Origin: an uncultured bacterium
GTDB lineage: Bacteria > UBP6 > UBA1177
Length of the DNA stretch: 64,000 nt
NCBI GenBank assembly: GCA_905233945.1
Contig: CAJOFY010000020.1
Coordinates: forward strand, 11,320 to 75,319
Reading direction: 5' to 3'
A program made the position numbers and the translations under genes. Shown here one piece after another: positions 22,986 to 33,055 of this stretch (positions are counted from its first letter, which is position 1; the number at the start of each line of letters is the position of its first letter). The notes beneath the pieces were generated by a model. It was not told where the DNA came from, ran no database searches, and worked only from the letters and a program-made list of their open reading frames with translations.

Positions 22986-24788
22986 TTATCTCGTCGTACC
23001 TTCAGGAACGACAACATGGATGAGACGGCTCGAAAGGTATGAACCGTTTCCGAGAACTGTTGCATGAGCTTCATATTTGATGAAGTCGTTCGTGGAGTTG
23101 ATGCAGAAGTCGTTATAGAAGTGGACATCAAACGTAACATCCGTGCCCTGTTTTACCGAGAAGAAGGTTGTTTCGTTCTGACCGTCAACACCTTCAGGCG
23201 GATCAGCCGCGATTGTTGTGGACGATTTTACGAATTTTGCCGCATTTTCACCGTTACATTCATCATCACTGATGCTGCCTGTCGTGACATCCATGTCGAT
23301 CCAGCTCGTGAGCTGTTTGATTGCTTCAGTAACGTTGCCGCCGATTCCTGTTCCGTCAGCTTGTTCAGTGTGATAAAGGAACGGTTTGCCGTCGCCGTCA
23401 AGCGAGCTGGTTGCGTTTGCGAATGCTTCGAACCAGTCTTTTGCCGCATCAGTTTTTTTGCCGTCATCGTTGAATCCTGAGTCAATTCCGATGAATTTCG
23501 CGCCGATTCCGTTCATTGCAGCAATCGACATTTCTATGGAAAGCTCTTTTGTTCCTTGATTGAACATGCAGTCGGTGCTCAGAGTTACCTGAGAGCCGTA
23601 CGGAACACAGTCATCGGAATCTTCGTCGGTGATTACGATGAAAATCGGCATCGATTTCTTTCTCATGCAGAGTGCTCCGACTGTGCCGAGTTTGTCTTCG
23701 CCTGAGCAGTCAGCTTTCTGGACGTCGTATGTTGTCTTTTTGAGAGTGCCGAAAGTTACAGCGAAAGATTCCTGGCATTTGCCCATAGCGCACGGAAGAA
23801 GACTACCGTTGTAAGCTTCTCCTGTTGCGGCAAGGTAAATCGCGTAAATCGCAAGTTCGTTTGCCTGGTTGCCTTTGAGGTTTCCGATAGCATCTTGAAC
23901 TGCCTGCGGGTCGGTAGTCATAGTCTGTTCAACTATATACGGTTTTTCCCATCCGAATCTTACAAGGCCGAACGAAGCGTAGTTCGGATTGTCTGCGAAC
24001 TGGTTTGCAATCTCACCGACAACTTTGTCTTTTACTTCCTCTTTGAGCTTTTGAATCTCATCGCCCATCGAGCCGGAGTCGTCGAAGAAAATCGCGACAT
24101 CGATAGCTTCGATTTTTGTCGAGAAAGTAAGGACTCTTGTTACATCTGCAGGAGCGTTGTAGGGGAGAACGACATAGAAAAGACCTTCCGGAATATGGTC
24201 GCCGTCGTCAAGCGGATCTGAGCCGTAAGCTATTTCGGCAAGGTCGTCGTCGCCGTCACCGTCGGTATCGTGGTTGAGCGGATCCGTGCCGGCTTCCTTC
24301 TCTTTCTTGTCGTTAAGACCGTCGTTGTCGCTGTCTTTGTCAAGAGCGTCAATCATACCATCGCCGTCTGTGTCTCTGCACGGCTGTTCCGGGCATTCAA
24401 GGTTGTCGGCAGTGCCGTCACCGTCGCTGTCCTTGTCCAGACAGTTCGGCAGGGAATCACCGTCAAGGTCTTCGCAGCCTTCCACTTCGTTAGGAATACC
24501 GTCGCCGTCGTCGTCAGCTCCCGGCTCGGAACTGCAGATGCAGGTTTCAACCGGTTCTTCTTCAGAGTCGGTATCGCCTGAAGATTCACCGTCAGGTTCC
24601 GTGTCTGTGTTTGTATCAGTATCTGTGTCGGAAGTTCCTGAATCTCCTGAATCAGGTGTTGTGTCTGAATCTGAGGTGTTCGTTCCCGTGTCGTTTGTGT
24701 CGCTGGGTTCCTCATCATCGCTGCCGCATGCCGCAAAGAAGCAGCAGAGCGCGAAAGCCGCAAATAATGCGAGTAACTGTTTTTTCAT
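22986..24788 (-). CDS. Lipoprotein with thrombospondin type-3 Ca-binding repeats and von Willebrand factor A domain
   Basis: Multiple DxDxDGxxDxxD repeats (DTDGDGMIDALDKDSDNDG...), VWA metal ion-dependent adhesion site (MIDAS)-like DxSxS (FFDDSGSMGDE). Confidence 0.55.
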   Translation of the reverse strand: MKKQLLALFAAFALCCFFAACGSDDEEPSDTNDTGTNTSDSDTTPDSGDSGTSDTDTDTNTDTEPDGESSGDTDSEEEPVETCICSSEPGADDDGDGIPNEVEGCEDLDGDSLPNCLDKDSDGDGTADNLECPEQPCRDTDGDGMIDALDKDSDNDGLNDKKEKEAGTDPLNHDTDGDGDDDLAEIAYGSDPLDDGDHIPEGLFYVVLPYNAPADVTRVLTFSTKIEAIDVAIFFDDSGSMGDEIQKLKEEVKDKVVGEIANQFADNPNYASFGLVRFGWEKPYIVEQTMTTDPQAVQDAIGNLKGNQANELAIYAIYLAATGEAYNGSLLPCAMGKCQESFAVTFGTLKKTTYDVQKADCSGEDKLGTVGALCMRKKSMPIFIVITDEDSDDCVPYGSQVTLSTDCMFNQGTKELSIEMSIAAMNGIGAKFIGIDSGFNDDGKKTDAAKDWFEAFANATSSLDGDGKPFLYHTEQADGTGIGGNVTEAIKQLTSWIDMDVTTGSISDDECNGENAAKFVKSSTTIAADPPEGVDGQNETTFFSVKQGTDVTFDVHFYNDFCINSTNDFIKYEAHATVLGNGSYLSSRLIHVVVPEGTTR

Positions 24789-24893
24789 TTTATCCTCCTG
24801 TGCATAAAAAGGGCAAAAACATCAACGGCAGAAAGTATAGCTGAAAAAATAATAAAAAAAAGAGTTTTTTTGTCCTCGGCCTGTTTTTTGCGG

Positions 24894-27803
24894 TTATTCG
24901 TCGAAATCATCGTCGTCTGTCGGCTTGTCTTCACCTTTCGTGAAGGTGACATACTTTGAAGCTGTCGACGTTTTTGTGTCGAATCCTGTGACTACGATCC
25001 CGATCCGGTTGTATTTCTTTTTCATTTCGACATCGACCGAAACAGTTTCCTTGCCGCCGTTGTTCTCGATACGTTTGTAGAAAATTTTCTTGCCGTTCAG
25101 GAAAACGAATGCGTCCTTGACCTCGCGCGTGTCTATTTCAAAACTTGCTTTGGTCGTTTTCTGGTCGGTCGTGAGCGGTGTCCTGTCGAAGGAGAGCCTA
25201 GGCATTTTTATCGGGTAAAGCGTCTCTGTTTTTGTTTTGGTTTTATCTGTTCCGGGTTTTATGTCTGCGGATTTTATCCACATCCCGTTCTGTAGAAGTC
25301 TTGCTTCGCCGCATTCGCCTGCGGTTTCCACTGTCCCTGCAGCCGAAACTTTTCCTGTCTGCAAAGAGAAAGCGGCATCACTGAAAAGGGGAGTCTCTTT
25401 TTCGAGCGAGACTGTCGAATCTGCGGCTTTGAATGTGCATTTCGCCGTCTTTTCGAAAGGAACATTGAAGTCTGCGCTGTATTTCAGCTTGTAGTCATAA
25501 ACCGAAACTTCAAGTTTTTGTTTTGCCAGATCTTCAGCTTTTGCCGGTTTTTCGGTCTTGAGCGTGAATTTCAAGGTCGTTGATTTACCGGGTTCGAGAG
25601 TGAAGGACTCGTTTCCGTGCTCAATGAATATCTCTTTGGAATCATTTGAATTGATCAGCATTGCCTTGCCTTCCAGAATCGATCCTTCCCCGGCATTCAT
25701 AACATTCAGCGTAAGTTCGGCAGTTTCTCCGCTCTGGATTATGCCGTCGCGGTTTCCGTTCGAATCGGCTGCAACGAGCGAGAAGTTGAGTTCAGGCTGT
25801 TTTACCGGAATTGTTTCAACCGTGAATTTTTCGGTTTTTATCTCTTTTTTCTTTTCGGGCTCGTTAAGGTAAAGTTTCATAGTTCCTTCGGTTTTCTGCC
25901 ATTTTACCGATTCCGGCAGCTTTACGCTGACAGTGCGCTCGACCGAACCGCTGAAAGTGCCGAAAGGAACCTCGATCCGTCTCAGGTTTGCGATCGGAGT
26001 CTCGAAAACGCCGAGCAGATTCTCGATTTCACCTTCGATTTCGGCCTTGAATGTAAATTTCGCCGTCTCGCCGCCTTTAAGCTGCGGATCGCTCAGCATC
26101 GAAACTTTCAAAGTGTCGGTTTTAGGCTGAGCAAGAGATGTCTTATCCTTCCAGTTTATGCCGTTTTCATGCAGCTTTGCGAGGATTTTTTTCCATTCCT
26201 CGTCCTTTATTTTCATGGAGCTTTCATAGGCTTTGGCGCCTTTTGTCATCTGTTCGGCGATTTTGACGGCTATTTCGATTTCTTCATCGCTTCTGAATTC
26301 GTCGTCCTTCTGCTCGCGGCGTTCCTTGATAATAGTTTTTACATCTTTGTATTCCTTAAAATAGCTGATCGTCGTGAGCGGCTTTTCGATGGTCTTAGGC
26401 GCGTATTTGCTGACGATGTGCTCCTCAAGGTCGCCTTCCTTCAGAATGTTTTCTCCCGAGTCGAAGACAGAAATCTTGTCTGGATGGATGAAAACAGGTC
26501 TTGTTTCGATGTGAGGAGTGATTCCGACCGACTGGATCGAAATGTTGCCGGGTGTGAGATACTCGGCGATCGTGAGCTTCATTCCGCCGCCGCCGGGAGT
26601 GCCGATTATCGTCTGTACGCTTCCTTTACCGAAACTTTTTCTTCCCAGAACCGTTGCCCTGCCGTTCTTTTTGAGAGCAGCCGTAACGATTTCGGTAGCC
26701 GAAGCCGATCCTTCGTTGATCATGACGATTATAGGTATGTCGAGGATATCGCTGCGTTTTTTCTTTGCATAGTTGACTTCGATCTCATCGTCGTCCTCTA
26801 CAGTCGAAACGATGACGCCTTTATCGAGGAAGAGGTCGCTTATTGCTATAGCCTGCGAAAGAAGGCCGCCGGAATTGTTGCGCATATCGAGAACGAGAGC
26901 CTTCATTCCTTTCTTTTGGAGCCCGTCCAGTTCCTCAAGCAGTGTCGAATATGTGTTTTCCATGAAGCCCGAAAGGTTGATGTAGCCGATTCCGGGTTTC
27001 GGCATTGCAGCGAGGACAGACGTGATTTTGATGATTGCTCTCGTGATTTCGAATTTTAGAAGTTCCGGTACTCCTTCACGTCTTATCATCAGTGTTATGG
27101 GGGTTCCGGGCTCGCCTCTCATTTTGCTGACGGCTTTGTCAAGAGTGAGGTTGACAGCCGAGGTGTCGTCAATCTGGACAATTACGTCATTCGCCTCGAT
27201 TCCCGCTTTTGTCGCCGGGGTTCCCTTCATCGGGGAGATTACGGTGATTTCGCCGTTGTCATTCATTCCGACAACGATTCCGAGTCCGCCGAAGTTGCCG
27301 CCTGTCGACTGCTCGAAGTCGTCAAAATCCTTCGGTGTGAAAATGTATGAATGAGGGTCGAGTTTTTTGAGAATGCCGTTTATGGCGATGTATTCAATCT
27401 CGTCTTTCGTAAGCGGCGGTTCAGGCTCGTATTCCTTGTCGAGCAGCACATATACCGATCGCAGAGCGTATGCAATGTCGACGACATCCCTCAGATGTTT
27501 GACCTTTATGTCGTGTTTTTTATTGTAAATCTGCAGGTTTATCAGTTTTTTTTCTTTGTCGTAGGAGATTATCGTTTCCGGAAGCGAGTCCTGCACGGCG
27601 TTGAGTGCATAGACCAGAAGATCCTCGACTTTTATCTTTGACTTGTCGAGATAGCGTGATTCTGCGGTTTTGAGGGCAAAAACTGTTATCTCGCCCTTTT
27701 GCAGCGAAGTGTCCCTGGAAAGCCACCTTACGTTCTTGAAAAAGTCGGCGTTTAGAGCGAACGCCAGAAACAAAACAAGCAGTAATGCTAATTTTTTTCT
27801 CAT
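24894..27803 (-). CDS. Large S41 family C-terminal processing (tail-specific) protease with PDZ domain
   Basis: PDZ (GLGIVVGMNDNGEITVISPMKGTPATKAGIEANDVIVQID), S41 catalytic region (LVLDMRNNSGGLL...GSASATE). Confidence 0.7.
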   Translation of the reverse strand: MRKKLALLLVLFLAFALNADFFKNVRWLSRDTSLQKGEITVFALKTAESRYLDKSKIKVEDLLVYALNAVQDSLPETIISYDKEKKLINLQIYNKKHDIKVKHLRDVVDIAYALRSVYVLLDKEYEPEPPLTKDEIEYIAINGILKKLDPHSYIFTPKDFDDFEQSTGGNFGGLGIVVGMNDNGEITVISPMKGTPATKAGIEANDVIVQIDDTSAVNLTLDKAVSKMRGEPGTPITLMIRREGVPELLKFEITRAIIKITSVLAAMPKPGIGYINLSGFMENTYSTLLEELDGLQKKGMKALVLDMRNNSGGLLSQAIAISDLFLDKGVIVSTVEDDDEIEVNYAKKKRSDILDIPIIVMINEGSASATEIVTAALKKNGRATVLGRKSFGKGSVQTIIGTPGGGGMKLTIAEYLTPGNISIQSVGITPHIETRPVFIHPDKISVFDSGENILKEGDLEEHIVSKYAPKTIEKPLTTISYFKEYKDVKTIIKERREQKDDEFRSDEEIEIAVKIAEQMTKGAKAYESSMKIKDEEWKKILAKLHENGINWKDKTSLAQPKTDTLKVSMLSDPQLKGGETAKFTFKAEIEGEIENLLGVFETPIANLRRIEVPFGTFSGSVERTVSVKLPESVKWQKTEGTMKLYLNEPEKKKEIKTEKFTVETIPVKQPELNFSLVAADSNGNRDGIIQSGETAELTLNVMNAGEGSILEGKAMLINSNDSKEIFIEHGNESFTLEPGKSTTLKFTLKTEKPAKAEDLAKQKLEVSVYDYKLKYSADFNVPFEKTAKCTFKAADSTVSLEKETPLFSDAAFSLQTGKVSAAGTVETAGECGEARLLQNGMWIKSADIKPGTDKTKTKTETLYPIKMPRLSFDRTPLTTDQKTTKASFEIDTREVKDAFVFLNGKKIFYKRIENNGGKETVSVDVEMKKKYNRIGIVVTGFDTKTSTASKYVTFTKGEDKPTDDDDFDE

Positions 27804-27827
27804 TTTCCGACTCCTATTTTCAGCTTT

Positions 27828-28472
27828 TTAGAATTTGAATCTTGTCGCATTTATAATAAATTCAATTTTCCCCATAAAAAGGATAAGCCTCGACAGCAGA
27901 GTATACGCAAAAGCCGAACCTATTGCAACTAATACGAAAAATCTCCCTATTTCGCCCGTTGTGTTTACAAAGCGGTTGTTGTTTTTGTGGCGTGCGACAA
28001 GGAAAAGCATCGCCGAAGTGACGCAGATAATGCTCAGAACGGCGTTTATGGTCGTGTCAGCCTGCAGATTTCCGCTTTTATCGTAGGAAATCAGGGGAAT
28101 TACCGAAGTCCGGATCATTTCCTGAATGAAGGCGGAGAAATAAACCGGAATGTTTATTGCTGTTGTGACGATTATGATGAAGGCTGCCGGCAGAAAGCGC
28201 AGCTTGGAGTATTTCGTGTCGTTGTTCGACGGAAGGAATAGCAGAAGTCCGGCCATAAACGGAACCAGGATAAGCAGTTCTCCGTTTACGGCTGACTGGA
28301 ATGCAGGTTTTATTATCGAAAAATACCATATAACCGCGAAATAACCTGCCGAAACCCCTATGAAGAGCGATTCTGCAAAACGGTACACGGGATTCTGTTT
28401 GAAAAATCCCGAAAATACCGCAACTGTCAGCAATAAAGCAGTGATTGTTCCTAAATCATTGAAAATATTCAT
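27828..28472 (-). CDS. Polytopic membrane protein, unknown function (operon gene 6 of 6)
   Basis: 214 aa, about 6 hydrophobic helices; start overlaps upstream gene stop by 4 nt. Confidence 0.5.
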   Translation of the reverse strand: MNIFNDLGTITALLLTVAVFSGFFKQNPVYRFAESLFIGVSAGYFAVIWYFSIIKPAFQSAVNGELLILVPFMAGLLLFLPSNNDTKYSKLRFLPAAFIIIVTTAINIPVYFSAFIQEMIRTSVIPLISYDKSGNLQADTTINAVLSIICVTSAMLFLVARHKNNNRFVNTTGEIGRFFVLVAIGSAFAYTLLSRLILFMGKIEFIINATRFKF

Positions 28473-29371
28473 TTTTTATCTTTCGCTATTAGTTTTGACA
28501 AGTTCGATAGTATGACGATTCCGATTATGTATAAAAGTATCGCCGATAAAATGCTGTACTGTTTTTCTATTATGATGGACGGCTGAAATTCATGGATGAA
28601 CAGTGATATTGATCTGAAGCCGCCGACAAGACCGTCGAGATAGAGCGTTTCCCTGAACGGAATATAGGCGGGAAGCATGTCCGACGAGCAGAAGGCTACC
28701 TTTTTAAGCTCTTTGTCCTTCAGCATGACAGCCAGCGAGACGAGACCCGGAATACCGTCGAAAGTCTGGGAGGAGAACTCGAAAACCGCCGAGAAATCGG
28801 AGATTTTTGCAATGTTGTTCATCATCGGCTGCCGGAAATCAATGCTGCTGTTGAAAATGTCACGCTCCCGCACTTCGTCAAAGTTGTTGGCGATCAGGTA
28901 TGTCGCAATGCTGCCGCCGACAATGAACCCCAGATGTGTATATTCGTGACCGTATACGAAGCGCTTTTTGCCGAAACTGCCGGTTTCTATCGTTTTTTCA
29001 ACAGCTGTGAAAGCCGATTCGATACCGTTCGGTATCATTGTGGCAAAAGCTATGCCGATGTTTTTTTCAGCCAGTTTTCCGATAAGCGCAGACATTGCCG
29101 GTTCGAGTTCGTATTTTGATTCCGGACCGTAGTTTACAAGGATGAGCACTTTGGAATCTGCTGGAATTTCTTCAATTATTTTAAATACTTTCATGTCGCT
29201 TTCGTTGGGCGATACATACAGCTCCGATTTTTTTTCAGCCTTTTCCGCAGCTTTGTTTGTGTCAAAAAACGAGGCATAGTGGAGTAGAGTCAGGAAAATA
29301 ACCGGAAGTACGAGAACCCAGTGCGGGATTTTTGTGAAGAGGGCGAAGATGTTTCTTATCGAATCCTTCAT
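28469..29371 (-). CDS. Membrane protein, unknown function (operon gene 5 of 6)
   Basis: Start placed at internal ATG (MKDSIRNIF...) that forms ATGA overlap with upstream stop; N- and C-terminal TM helices. Confidence 0.45.
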   Translation of the reverse strand: MKDSIRNIFALFTKIPHWVLVLPVIFLTLLHYASFFDTNKAAEKAEKKSELYVSPNESDMKVFKIIEEIPADSKVLILVNYGPESKYELEPAMSALIGKLAEKNIGIAFATMIPNGIESAFTAVEKTIETGSFGKKRFVYGHEYTHLGFIVGGSIATYLIANNFDEVRERDIFNSSIDFRQPMMNNIAKISDFSAVFEFSSQTFDGIPGLVSLAVMLKDKELKKVAFCSSDMLPAYIPFRETLYLDGLVGGFRSISLFIHEFQPSIIIEKQYSILSAILLYIIGIVILSNLSKLIAKDKK

Positions 29372-30879
29372 TTTTTCCCTCCTGATCCCGAAATGAAAGT
29401 CGTGTAGAAACTTTCGGCCATAAAAAACAGAAATCCGCTGGCTGTCCCTATCGCAAGAGCCCTGAAAACCGGCACGGCAAGAACATTCATAAGCCATCCG
29501 GGCGAGAGCGGACCGTTCCAGCCGGCTAAATTGTTGCGGGCAAAGAGTCCGTACTGGTTGGTCAGTCCGGCGAGAGTCAGGATAAAGGCTATAGTGATTA
29601 CGCAGTATGAGTAGCTTCTCAGCGAGAAGCGGCTGTAAGCAGTCGAAATCATGTTGAGAATGAGCAGGGCGACAAACGACGAGAGAAGTGGATCGAATAT
29701 GTAGCGGTAGATCCAGCGGACGAGACCTTTGATTTCAGGACTGGTCGTGATTCCTGTTTCAAGAAATTTTTCCGCGATCCGTTTTTTGCTGTCAGGCGGA
29801 AGGACCGATGTCCCCCTGTCGGAAAGTTTTTCTGCAACTATTCCTGCGATGCGGCTGTTTGTCATAAACCTGTTGTATCTGAACATGTCTTTTTTCAGTT
29901 TGTCGCCGGAGTTCGATCGGAGCAGCTCCTTTTCTTTCGTAAGCCAGCTTTCAAGCTCTGTTCCGCTGCCGTCGATTCTTGTTCCGTCGTATACGAAGTC
30001 GTCGAAACGGTTCTTTTCACCCGCTTCGAGGCCGAAGTTCAGCTCTGTCTGTTTCAGAGAGGCTATGGAGTTGTCAAACCATTCCTTGAGCTCCTGAGAG
30101 ATGGGGAATATATCGGAAATTATCTCAATGGAGGCTGATTTGACCTTTTCCCTGATTTCTTTAACCCGTTTCATGTCGCTGTCGTTTATGAAAGTTATTC
30201 CGGAAGCCGTTGATTCTTCTCCCGGCATTGTTATTTTGTTTTCCGCGATCAGTTTTTTGTAGTCTTCTTTATGTGAAATGCCGGCGCTTTTCAGCATCTC
30301 TTCCGACGGGAAGAAGTCGGTCGAAACGTCAGCCGAAATATAGAGCGCGAGTTTCTTTTTGGCCGGAAATTTCGAGAGACGCAGGTCGTTTTCAATGAAG
30401 ACGATGGCTGTCTGAGTCAGGAAGTCAGGCTGTTCCCTTACTATGTTTTCGAATGTGTAGCGGCTCTGGTTGGGGTTCATGAAGCCTAAAATAAAGGTCG
30501 TGACGGCTGAAACGACGATAATCAGCGAATTCAGGAGGCGGTTTATGTTCTTTGAACGGGCTTCCTTGCTCAGAAGTCCTGTATCTGTGCCCGGGAGCTT
30601 GTTTTTTTTCGCATTTTCAGCCGAAGTGAGGACATCTTTTATCACTGAAGCCGGTTTTTTGGATGAAAACGACTCTTTCAGTCCGCGGAAAGAGGATTTT
30701 ACAGATGATATTTCCCGCCCGAGAAATTTGAAGAGACCGGCAAAAAACGAGAGTACGATGATTATTTCTGTCCATCTGACGGCTTTTGTCAGAAAAACGC
30801 TGTCGATGCCGAGTGAAATCATTACGAAAACAGCCACGATGCAGACAAAAACCGATATGAGTATTATTTTGGATCTCAT
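29368..30879 (-). CDS. Membrane protein with large soluble domain, unknown function (operon gene 4 of 6)
   Basis: 503 aa; TM helices at both ends; 4-nt overlaps with both neighbours. Confidence 0.5.
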   Translation of the reverse strand: MRSKIILISVFVCIVAVFVMISLGIDSVFLTKAVRWTEIIIVLSFFAGLFKFLGREISSVKSSFRGLKESFSSKKPASVIKDVLTSAENAKKNKLPGTDTGLLSKEARSKNINRLLNSLIIVVSAVTTFILGFMNPNQSRYTFENIVREQPDFLTQTAIVFIENDLRLSKFPAKKKLALYISADVSTDFFPSEEMLKSAGISHKEDYKKLIAENKITMPGEESTASGITFINDSDMKRVKEIREKVKSASIEIISDIFPISQELKEWFDNSIASLKQTELNFGLEAGEKNRFDDFVYDGTRIDGSGTELESWLTKEKELLRSNSGDKLKKDMFRYNRFMTNSRIAGIVAEKLSDRGTSVLPPDSKKRIAEKFLETGITTSPEIKGLVRWIYRYIFDPLLSSFVALLILNMISTAYSRFSLRSYSYCVITIAFILTLAGLTNQYGLFARNNLAGWNGPLSPGWLMNVLAVPVFRALAIGTASGFLFFMAESFYTTFISGSGGKK

Positions 30880-31607
30880 TCCGTCAACCTTCTGACAAAA
30901 TCTTCAAAAACAGGATAGCGGAGAGCTAAAGTCCGGCATAGCGAAAGAGAGAGGATCAGTCCGGCGATTATTATTAAAAACATATAGACCCCGGCGGTTT
31001 CGAGAGTTTTTTTATTCTTGAGTTTTTTGATCTGCGCACTCATCAGAAACGGTTCAAGCGAGATGAGGCACTTTTTCGAGTTTATTGCGTCGATGATTGT
31101 CCCTTCGACTGAGCACGAGAGGGCGACTCTTTTTCTGTCGGAATCCGAGTTGTAGGCATCCCAGTCCGAAATAGCCGATCCGTCGGAAATGTTGAGGATA
31201 AGGGACGCGCTGAGCTCGCGTTTTTCTATTGTGGTGTAAAAGGTGTTGTTTGCGTTTGAAAGCGGTGCAAACCGGATCGATGCCGTTTCGGAACCGCTTG
31301 CCGTGAGAACGCCGAACTCTTCGGGAATCGTTGTCCTGACGTAGTTTCCTATCTCGCTGTCTTCAAGAATTTCGTCAATGAACTTTGCTGCAGCAGAGAA
31401 AAGCGGATGAGTTTTGGAGTCTATCGAGCTGTTGAGAACGATTCTTCCGCTGTCCTCGTCTATCATGGTTTTGATGAACTGCAGGAGAAGCATCGTTTCC
31501 CTCGGGAGCCGGTATGAGAATTTTTTCGAAAAAATCTGCGGAATGACGAGGGATACTATGAAAATCACAAAAAGCGAGAGTATTTTCAAATCTATAATTA
31601 TTTCCAT
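30876..31607 (-). CDS. Bitopic membrane protein, unknown function (operon gene 3 of 6)
   Basis: 243 aa; N-terminal TM (LKILSLFVIFIVSLVIPQIF) and C-proximal TM; overlaps neighbours. Confidence 0.5.
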   Translation of the reverse strand: MEIIIDLKILSLFVIFIVSLVIPQIFSKKFSYRLPRETMLLLQFIKTMIDEDSGRIVLNSSIDSKTHPLFSAAAKFIDEILEDSEIGNYVRTTIPEEFGVLTASGSETASIRFAPLSNANNTFYTTIEKRELSASLILNISDGSAISDWDAYNSDSDRKRVALSCSVEGTIIDAINSKKCLISLEPFLMSAQIKKLKNKKTLETAGVYMFLIIIAGLILSLSLCRTLALRYPVFEDFVRRLTE

Positions 31608-33055
31608 ACGTGCATCTCTTCGCGCAGGTCGAAAATCAGCGTCTTGCTGCTTTTTTTCGTGCCTATAGTCTTTTTAGTGCTTTCAGGGTCGTCCTTTGTC
31701 ATAAAAACTCCTTTCGCAGTGTTGATCTCAACTACCGAATTCGGTTCTATTTCAAAAACGCGGTATTCACCCCATCGGAGAACAATATCCTCTTTTCTGT
31801 CGTTTTCTAATTTTTCTATAAAAACAGCCGGAGCCCCTTTCCTGAATCTGCCGTAAGGGATGAAAAGCCAGCCGTTCCTGACATCTTTCGTGTTGAAGAA
31901 TCCGCGCAGAAAAGGGTTGTTTCCGATTCTTCCGCCGAGGAACATCGTCATTCCGGCGAGTATTATCCCCTGGTTGTCGAAAAGAAAGTATACGGTGCCG
32001 TGTGTGACTCCGGGAATGGAGAGCCTGCTGATGAAAGTCTCGAAATCGATTTTGTCGGTGAGGGATATCCCGATAATCCTGTCAGGTTCGAAAAGAAGTG
32101 CTTCCCTGTTGGCGTCGTCGAGGGCAAGAACGTCGTCCTGCTGGAAATTTTCGTCGAAAACAGTCCGCTTTTCAATGAAAAGATCGTTGAAAACAGACTC
32201 GAAGACTTCTGTTGACAGAGTTTCCGCCTGCTGCGGGATCGCATAGTTCTTGAAAAAAGTGATTCCGGCGCCCCGTTCTGCGTGGCTGAGAAGGGAGTAG
32301 TCGTCGGTAAAGAGAACCGAAAGAACCGTTTCAGAGCGCTTCATGCAGAAAACGTCCGAAACTTTGCGCAGAGCTTCCGTGTAGGTGATGTCCTCGATAT
32401 TGATGTCGCCTGACGCTTCCCAGAGGGTCGTCTGCCGCGGAGCAGGAAGAGTGTTGTGCGCAACAAACTCCTCGTCGCCGGTATAGTCGTTGTTTTCAAG
32501 AACATTCGGCATCGATGAAAACCGTATTCCGGGTTTTACGAGCTCTTTTCTTGCCGTTTCGAGCGAAAGTCTGCTTCCCGCAAAAATAATGTCCGGCCTG
32601 AATTCGGAAAGCTGCGGATTTTTCCCCAGAGAAATTATCATGCTGTTAAGCCTGTTGTTGACAGTGTTGTCGTATCCGCCTGAAATTATTATATAATCTA
32701 TGCTGGACAAATCTATTGTCGAAAAAGGGGCGGAACCCGAGTAAGCCTGTTTTACGTTGAGAAGTTTTGACCATGCAAGTCTTTTAGCCGAACGTGTCGA
32801 GCCGTCCTCGCTTATGCCGAAAACCGCCGCGTTCATAAGCCTTTCGGGAATTATTATCCTCCTTATCGTTTTTGCGCCTGAAGCCGGAGCTTTTTCATAA
32901 AACTGACTGATTTCATCTCTGTTTCCGGACTCTTCATTTATTGTTTTCTCATCGGTTTCCGCTGAAATGCTCTCATTGTAGTAGTCAAAGTCTATGACTA
33001 TTTTCCTGATGATGTTCCTTGTGGAAAGAAAGACGGTGAAGTTCTCGGAAATCAT
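31598..33055 (-). CDS. Soluble 485-aa protein of unknown function (operon gene 2 of 6)
   Basis: No TM segments; contains a stretch (DYIIISGGYDNTVNNRLN) vaguely resembling the GGDGT motif of diacylglycerol-kinase-catalytic (DAGK_cat)/NAD-kinase-like domains; not assignable. Confidence 0.45.
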   Translation of the reverse strand: MISENFTVFLSTRNIIRKIVIDFDYYNESISAETDEKTINEESGNRDEISQFYEKAPASGAKTIRRIIIPERLMNAAVFGISEDGSTRSAKRLAWSKLLNVKQAYSGSAPFSTIDLSSIDYIIISGGYDNTVNNRLNSMIISLGKNPQLSEFRPDIIFAGSRLSLETARKELVKPGIRFSSMPNVLENNDYTGDEEFVAHNTLPAPRQTTLWEASGDINIEDITYTEALRKVSDVFCMKRSETVLSVLFTDDYSLLSHAERGAGITFFKNYAIPQQAETLSTEVFESVFNDLFIEKRTVFDENFQQDDVLALDDANREALLFEPDRIIGISLTDKIDFETFISRLSIPGVTHGTVYFLFDNQGIILAGMTMFLGGRIGNNPFLRGFFNTKDVRNGWLFIPYGRFRKGAPAVFIEKLENDRKEDIVLRWGEYRVFEIEPNSVVEINTAKGVFMTKDDPESTKKTIGTKKSSKTLIFDLREEMHVWK

